Origin: Candidatus Limnocylindrus sp.
GTDB lineage: Bacteria; Chloroflexota; Limnocylindria; Limnocylindrales; Limnocylindraceae
DNA: 64,000 bases
Assembly (NCBI GenBank): GCA_040397175.1
Contig: JBBAWM010000003.1
Location: 1-64,000, forward strand
Reading direction: 5' to 3'
This document shows positions 58,458 through 64,000 of the stretch, piece after piece. The notes beneath the pieces were generated by a model that did not search any database, was not told where the DNA came from, and worked only from the letters and a program-made list of their open reading frames with translations. Each line of letters starts with the position of its first letter. Positions within the stretch are counted from its first letter, which is position 1. The position numbers and the translations under genes were made by a program.

Positions 58458-60320
58458 TTATGCCTGGAGCCCGAACTGCATCGCCGCAAGTTCTGCGTAG
58501 AGTCCGCCCTTGGCGCGCAACTCTTCGTGTCGTCCGCGCTCCACGATTACACCGTGATCCAAGACGATGATCTGATCTGCGGAAGACACGGTGCTGAGCC
58601 GATGTGCAACCGCAATGGTGGTGCGACCTGCCATCGCGCGCTCCAACGCCTGCTGCACATGGCGTTCCGACACCGAGTCGAGCGCAGAGGTTGCCTCGTC
58701 GAGCAAGAGGATTGGCGGATCTTTCAAGAGAACGCGAGCGATCGCGAGGCGCTGACGCTCCCCTCCAGAGAGCTTGTAGCCGCGCTCACCCACCACCGTG
58801 TCGAGACCCTGTGGCAGCTCGTTCATGCGTTCGGCCAGCGAGGCCCCCTCGAGCGCCACAAGGATTTGCGCGTCCGACGCCTCTGGTCGCGCATAGAGCA
58901 GATTGTCGCGAATGCTGGCGTGCAGGAGGTGGGTCTCTTGCGTAACGACGCCAATCATTTCGCCCAGTGATCGCAGCTTGATCTGCCGCACATCGACACC
59001 GTCGAGCAGTACCGAGCCGTCACTTGCATCCCAGAATCGCGGGATGAGGCTGAGGATCGTGCTCTTCCCCGAACCCGATGGGCCAACCAGTGCGGTGAGG
59101 CTCCCCGGCTCGGCGGTGAACGAGATGCCCGTGAGGCCGAAGGAGTCGCGCCGATGCCGGCCGTGCCCCTCGGGTGGCTGCGGATAGCGGAAACTGACAT
59201 CACGCAGCAGTAGGTGCCCGCGAACACCGTCACGCGTCAGCGTGATCGCATTTGGCGCATCGACGATTTCAGGGACAAGGTCGAGGTAGGCGAAGATGCG
59301 TTCGAAGAGCGCCAGGCTGCCGCCGATCTCTACCTGGAGCCCAAGCAGCGAGGCGAGCGGGAAGAAGAGTCGGCTCTGCAGCGTGGTGAACGCCACGATG
59401 TCGCCGATCGTTGGCGCGTCAGCGGCACCAGCGACCGAGAGTGATCCGGCAACGAAGTAGACCAGCGCAGGAATGCCGCTGAAGACCACCTGCACCACCA
59501 CACCGACCCAACGACCGGTGAGTGCCTGTCGCAACTGCAGCGTGGCGAGCTCTGCCGATCGCTTGGTGAATCGCTCTGCGCCAGCCTCCGAGCGACCGAA
59601 TGATTTAGCCAGGAGCGCGCCACCCACCGAGAGGTGCTCTTCAGCGATGGAGGTGAGGTCGGCGAGCGCCGTCTGCACCTCACCGCTCGCCTTACGACGT
59701 GCCGCAGATGCCTGGGATGTGAGGAAGAGGAAGATCGGCGCCACCGCGATGCTCACAACCGTGAGGCGCCAGTCGATGATCGTCATCGCTACCAACGTTG
59801 AAGCCACAATGGCGATGCTCGACGCGAGGTTCGCCGCCGCATCGCTCACGACCGACTGCACCCCAGAAACGTCGTTGGTCAGGCGGCTCTGGATCTCGCC
59901 GGTTCGCGTCTCCGAGAAGAAGCGGATCGGCATGGACTGCACGTGTACGAACAGCGCGTTGCGCAGGTCGCGCATCACGAACTGGCCCACGGAGGCGGTG
60001 AGCCACGCCTGCGCGAGACCGATCGCACCGTTGATGATCGGCACGATAACCATCAAGCCGGCGTAGAGCGCCAGTAACCCAAGGTCTCGTTGTGGAATGG
60101 CTTCGTCGATCAGCAGTTTCAGGAGATACGGGTTGGCAAGCCCCAAGACGCTTGATCCGAGGATTGCCACGCCGATAATGCCGAGCCGCCCGCGATATGG
60201 TCCAAAGAATCTCGCTGCTCGGCGCAAGAGCGGCAGTGCCGCTCCGGCCGGCTTGGTCGGGCCTTGGCCCTCACCACCAAACATGTGGCCGCCGCGCCCT
60301 GGACCCATGCCACCGCTCAT
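58458..60320 (-). CDS. ABC transporter, fused permease/ATPase (MsbA-like multidrug exporter type)
   Basis: TM domain with RTGEIQSRLTNDV, GPSGSGKS, LSGGERQR, LDEATSALD, AHRLST. Confidence 0.93.
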   Translation of the reverse strand: MSGGMGPGRGGHMFGGEGQGPTKPAGAALPLLRRAARFFGPYRGRLGIIGVAILGSSVLGLANPYLLKLLIDEAIPQRDLGLLALYAGLMVIVPIINGAIGLAQAWLTASVGQFVMRDLRNALFVHVQSMPIRFFSETRTGEIQSRLTNDVSGVQSVVSDAAANLASSIAIVASTLVAMTIIDWRLTVVSIAVAPIFLFLTSQASAARRKASGEVQTALADLTSIAEEHLSVGGALLAKSFGRSEAGAERFTKRSAELATLQLRQALTGRWVGVVVQVVFSGIPALVYFVAGSLSVAGAADAPTIGDIVAFTTLQSRLFFPLASLLGLQVEIGGSLALFERIFAYLDLVPEIVDAPNAITLTRDGVRGHLLLRDVSFRYPQPPEGHGRHRRDSFGLTGISFTAEPGSLTALVGPSGSGKSTILSLIPRFWDASDGSVLLDGVDVRQIKLRSLGEMIGVVTQETHLLHASIRDNLLYARPEASDAQILVALEGASLAERMNELPQGLDTVVGERGYKLSGGERQRLAIARVLLKDPPILLLDEATSALDSVSERHVQQALERAMAGRTTIAVAHRLSTVSSADQIIVLDHGVIVERGRHEELRAKGGLYAELAAMQFGLQA

Positions 60321-60364
60321 CGACGTAGACGCGCTGAGGTGAGTACGAGTGCTTCAGGTGTCAT
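60317..60364 (-). CDS. Putative leaderless leader peptide MTPEALVLTSARLRR coupled to the ABC exporter
   Basis: TACAAT-7nt-ATG; its TGA overlaps the exporter ATG (ATGA); the exporter has no evident SD or -10 of its own. Confidence 0.55.
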   Translation of the reverse strand: MTPEALVLTSARLRR

Positions 60365-60406
60365 CAAGCGGATTGTAGACGTGTGGCGCAACACAGCCCG
60401 AGGGAC

Positions 60407-60835
60407 CTAGTTTCCTGTCACCTCAAGATCAACGAACATGCCCTGCTGGTAATGGTCTGCGATGTTGCACATGAGCACATAGTGGCCGGCTGGCAGGTCG
60501 ATGGTAAAGGTGCCAGTGACCCCCGTCTGAAGGTCCCCGTACTCCCCGGGCGACGTGAGCTTCTCCTCGTCGAGGCGCATGGTGACAGGATCAACCTGGG
60601 CGACGAGGTCACGCCCCGGTACATCGGTTTGGATGATCACGAACTCATGGTCAATGTTGCCCTGGCTATCAATGTAGAAGGTGATCGGTCCTGCCACGTG
60701 GCTCGGTGTGTTTGTCGCGATCTTCCACTCCTTGACCGCCGCGATGATTGCGGTGGTCTTGACGATTTGTGCGCTCGCAATCGGTGCGCCAATCAAGACC
60801 AAGAGCAGTGCCCCAACTCCAACAAATCGCTTCAT
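60407..60835 (-). CDS. Secreted single-domain cupredoxin, paralog of the triple-domain protein
   Basis: Signal peptide, KEWKI, HEFVII, YVLMCNIADHYQQGM. Confidence 0.85.
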   Translation of the reverse strand: MKRFVGVGALLLVLIGAPIASAQIVKTTAIIAAVKEWKIATNTPSHVAGPITFYIDSQGNIDHEFVIIQTDVPGRDLVAQVDPVTMRLDEEKLTSPGEYGDLQTGVTGTFTIDLPAGHYVLMCNIADHYQQGMFVDLEVTGN

Positions 60836-60897
60836 GCTCTCAGTGTGCATCCGCCCTGGAGGAGCCGGTAAACCCACGTGTGCCGATCGGGATTCTC

Positions 60898-61788
60898 CTA
60901 GATTCCCGAACCCTCGCCCGCCACCTCATCGGTGCGCACACGCGCCTGAGAAAGCTGACTCCCAGCAGGAACGCTCTTCGTAAGCCATACGTTGCCGCCA
61001 ATCGTCGAACCACGCCCAACCGTGATTCGGCCAAGGATCGTTGCCCCCGAGTAGATCACCACGTCGTCTTCAATGATCGGGTGGCGAGGCTGACCCTTCA
61101 CCAGGTTGCCATCGTCACCCTTCGGGAAGCTCTTGGAGCCGAGGGTAACTCCCTGGTAGAGGCGCACGCCACTGCCAATGATTGCCGTCTCGCCAATGAC
61201 CACGCCGGTTCCATGGTCAATGAAGAAGCGCTCGCCAATCGTGGCGCCAGGGTGGATATCAATCCCCGTGGCTGAGTGCGCCGCCTCCGACGCAATGCGT
61301 GGAAGCAGCGGCACATTCAACGTGTACAAGAGGTGCGCCATGCGGTGATCGATCATGGCGCGAACGCCTGGGTAGCCATGCAAGATCTCGGAACGGCTGC
61401 GTGCCGCGGGGTCGCCGGCAAACGCTGTGGCGATATCACCCTCTACGAGCGTGCGGATTGCAGGGAGCTCCGCTGCAAACGCGGCAACCGCCCGATCAAC
61501 GTGATCGAGAGTGAGCCCCTCACCAGGTCGCTCCGCCGCGAACAAGACCGTGCATCGCCGAACGTGCTCGCGTAGACCGGCGAGCGCCGCCGCAAGGTGT
61601 GCGGCTACCGCTGCCTCACCATCGGCTGCAACGCCAAGCTCACGCGGGAAAAGTGCGGCACGAAGCTCAGCCAGCACGCGGGTAATCTCACCGCGCGATG
61701 GGCGGTCGCCTGCCGCCACCGCACCACCCGCGAGGGCGGCGTCGGCGGCGATCAGCGCGCGACTGAGTGCAGCAGCATCAACGCTCAC
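60898..61788 (-). CDS. cysE: Serine O-acetyltransferase (EpsC-type)
   Basis: [43 protein letters not shown]; GTG overlaps the cysK stop. Confidence 0.92.
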   Translation of the reverse strand: MSVDAAALSRALIAADAALAGGAVAAGDRPSRGEITRVLAELRAALFPRELGVAADGEAAVAAHLAAALAGLREHVRRCTVLFAAERPGEGLTLDHVDRAVAAFAAELPAIRTLVEGDIATAFAGDPAARSRSEILHGYPGVRAMIDHRMAHLLYTLNVPLLPRIASEAAHSATGIDIHPGATIGERFFIDHGTGVVIGETAIIGSGVRLYQGVTLGSKSFPKGDDGNLVKGQPRHPIIEDDVVIYSGATILGRITVGRGSTIGGNVWLTKSVPAGSQLSQARVRTDEVAGEGSGI

Positions 61789-62774
61789 AGCGTGATGCCG
61801 TTCGCATCGAAGAGGCCCTCGTAGAGCGCGGTGCTCAGGTAGCGCTCGCCCGAATCTGGCAGCACCACCACGATGGTCTTCCCCGCGTTCTCCGGCAGGT
61901 GTGCCAACTTCAGCGCAACATGCGCTGCTGCACCGCATGAGATACCAACGAGAATCCCCTCTTCGCGAGCAATGCGACGCGCCATCGCGATCGCCTCCTC
62001 GTTCGTTACCAACTCCACCTGATCGATTAGCGTGAGGTCAAGAATGTCTGGCACGAAGCCGGCGCCGATCCCCTGGATCTTGTGCGGGGCCGGCTGATTC
62101 GGCTCGCCTGCGAGTCGTTGGGTAATGACCGGACTTGCCGCAGGCTCCACTGCTACAACACGCACCGAAGCGCCACGTCCCTTCTTGAAGTGACGTGCAA
62201 CGCCGGTGATCGTTCCACCGGTGCCGACGCCCGAAACAAAGATGTCGACCTTTCCTGCGGTGTCTTCCCAGATCTCTGGGCCTGTGGTGGACTCGTGAAT
62301 CGCTGGTCCCGCCTCGTTCTTGAACTGCTGCAGCAACACGTACCGCGCAGGATCCGATGCGGCGATCTCTTCGGCGCGCGCAATGGCACCCGACATACCC
62401 TTCGCACCTTCGGTGAGCACCAGTGTGGCGCCGTAAGCAACGATGAGCTTGCGTCGCTCGATGCTGACGGTGTCGGGCATGGTCAGCGTGACCTTGTAGC
62501 CGCGCGCGGCGCCCACCATCGCAAGTGCGATGCCAGTGTTGCCGCTTGTTGGCTCAACGATCTCCATTCCTGGCTTCAGCGCGCCGCGCTTCTCGGCGTC
62601 GAGCACCATGGCGGTGCCGAGGCGGCACTTTACGGAGTATGCGGGGTTGCGCCCTTCGATCTTGGCCAGCACGGTGGCGGCGGCGCCATCAGTCACGCGA
62701 TTCAATCGCACGAGTGGAGTTCGGCCAATAGTGAGAGCGTTGTCGGTAAAGATCTCTGGATTCTGAACAGTCAT
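61785..62774 (-). CDS. cysK: Cysteine synthase A
   Basis: [49 protein letters not shown]. Confidence 0.96.
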   Translation of the reverse strand: MTVQNPEIFTDNALTIGRTPLVRLNRVTDGAAATVLAKIEGRNPAYSVKCRLGTAMVLDAEKRGALKPGMEIVEPTSGNTGIALAMVGAARGYKVTLTMPDTVSIERRKLIVAYGATLVLTEGAKGMSGAIARAEEIAASDPARYVLLQQFKNEAGPAIHESTTGPEIWEDTAGKVDIFVSGVGTGGTITGVARHFKKGRGASVRVVAVEPAASPVITQRLAGEPNQPAPHKIQGIGAGFVPDILDLTLIDQVELVTNEEAIAMARRIAREEGILVGISCGAAAHVALKLAHLPENAGKTIVVVLPDSGERYLSTALYEGLFDANGITL

Positions 62775-62856
62775 CTTGGGTACCTCAGGCTACGTGGTGG
62801 GGTGGTGGAGTTCATCCGCCGCCCCCTCTGCCGTTTGGTCCCTGGTTGCGTGTGCC

Positions 62857-62949
62857 TCAGCGCGCGCAGGACGGCCCGAAGAAGAGCGACGGGCATCGAC
62901 AGATGCTCGGCTCGCCAGCGGCTTGGGCAATAAGGTCGGCTGCGGTCAT
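62857..62949 (-). CDS. Putative leaderless Cys-containing leader peptide MTAADLIAQAAGEPSICRCPSLFFGPSCAR upstream of cysK
   Basis: TACACT-6nt-ATG; 3 Cys codons; shares GEPSIC with the sseA leader. Confidence 0.78.
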   Translation of the reverse strand: MTAADLIAQAAGEPSICRCPSLFFGPSCAR

Positions 62950-63003
62950 GGGGGGAGTGTATCGCCTACGCGCGGAGGTCGTTACTGCAACGTCTCGCAA
63001 CCG

Positions 63004-63588
63004 CTAGATGCGGCGCATGACCCCATCAATGAAGCTAAGGAGGCTGCCCTTGCGAAGGGTGGGGGTGGTCCAGAGGCGCCAAAGCGCGGCAACAACCTTC
63101 AGTGCGAGGTAGATCGCAAGTGCCCCGGCCGCTCGCGCCATGACGTCGTGCACGTCAATCCGATAGGGCGGCACTGGGCTCGAGAAGTAGTTCGAGAACG
63201 CCTGGCTGATCTCAAGGCCCACCGCCATGATGCCGATCACGGCAAAGGCCGCCCGCCTGGCGTCTCCGTAGAGCGCAAGGGTTGCCAAAAAGAACGTTGA
63301 TGCGCCCATGCTGACCTGCACCAACAACCACTGCGTTTGCAGAAGAGCAGGATCAAAGTTCACGAATGGAATCAACCGGATCACATCGCTACCGAGCGGC
63401 GCACGCGACCAATCAGAGTTGGGGAATCCAAACGGTGCCCAAACGTAGGCGACGAGAGCGGCAAATGCGATAGTGCTCACCGTCGTTCCGCGGGATCGAT
63501 AGATGCGCTGCGACCGCTGCACGAACAGCACGACGAGGAAGCTAATGAGCCCCCCGATGATCCCCGTCCAGTCCCATTGCGCCAGCAT
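63004..63588 (-). CDS. VanZ-like membrane protein
   Basis: TM helices, LIPF, LEISQ...RIDVHDV. Confidence 0.6.
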   Translation of the reverse strand: MLAQWDWTGIIGGLISFLVVLFVQRSQRIYRSRGTTVSTIAFAALVAYVWAPFGFPNSDWSRAPLGSDVIRLIPFVNFDPALLQTQWLLVQVSMGASTFFLATLALYGDARRAAFAVIGIMAVGLEISQAFSNYFSSPVPPYRIDVHDVMARAAGALAIYLALKVVAALWRLWTTPTLRKGSLLSFIDGVMRRI

Positions 63589-63653
63589 TAGAGAATTTTA
63601 CTGAATACGGCCGACCTCCGCCAACCCCCCCCCGCAGGCGATACGATGCACGC

Positions 63654-64000
63654 ATGAACACCCGAGAGCGCATGCAGCTCTTTCTTCGCAGCGAGACCGT
63701 AGGTGGCGCGCTGCTGATTGGTGCGGCCCTCATCGGCATCCTCCTGGCCAACAGCCCCCTCTCAGAAGTACTGCGCGCCGTTGCCACGGCGCAGATCGGT
63801 AGCGACGCGCTCCACCTGAACTTGACCGCGCAGGAGTGGGCCGCCAATGGCCTGCTCGCCATCTTCTTCTTTGTCATTGGCTGCGAGCTAAAGCATGAGC
63901 TGGTCGTGGGCACACTCTCAAAGCCACGCCAGGCGGCCCTGCCGGTGGCGGCGGCACTCGGCGGGATGATCGTTCCAGCGCTCCTCTACATCGCAATCAA
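63654..64000 (+). CDS. nhaA: Na+/H+ antiporter NhaA, 5' part (runs off the window)
   Basis: ETVGGALL...LANSP, WAANGLLAIFFFVIGCELKHE, ALPVAAALGGMIVPALLY; TACGAT-6nt-ATG. Confidence 0.9.
   Translation, partial: MNTRERMQLFLRSETVGGALLIGAALIGILLANSPLSEVLRAVATAQIGSDALHLNLTAQEWAANGLLAIFFFVIGCELKHELVVGTLSKPRQAALPVAAALGGMIVPALLYIAI

Overview
GC-rich, gene-dense bacterial chromosome segment. Gene content (heliorhodopsin, auracyanin-like cupredoxins, A2-type heme-copper oxidase, AT3-SGNH acyltransferases, sortase-like protein) suggests a freshwater monoderm, possibly Chloroflexota such as Limnocylindria; this is inference only. It holds about 60 housekeeping and accessory genes: nth, three ABC systems, heliorhodopsin, kynA/kynU/formamidase, a cox operon with several blue-copper proteins, sseA-sufE, a surface polysaccharide cluster, homospermidine synthase, cysK-cysE and nhaA. 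It also has one tRNA and two interrupted genes. I found no CRISPR array, prophage or IS. The main hidden signal is regulatory. Many genes look leaderless (TANNNT or CANNNT -10 box 6-7 nt before the start codon). Applying that rule to intergenic gaps reveals four short ORFs below the ORF-track cutoff that look like leaderless leader peptides. Two of them, 37 kb apart, precede sseA-sufE and cysK-cysE and share the motif GEPSIC with different codons, which makes them a candidate cysteine-sensing arrest-peptide family. A third is Arg-rich and precedes an amino-acid ABC importer. The fourth ends in RLRR and is coupled to an ABC exporter. Also notable are a tRNA-Ile with the rare UAU anticodon, a triple-cupredoxin protein divergent from an oxidase operon that lacks cytochrome c, and a sortase-like protein with Ser at the catalytic Cys position.
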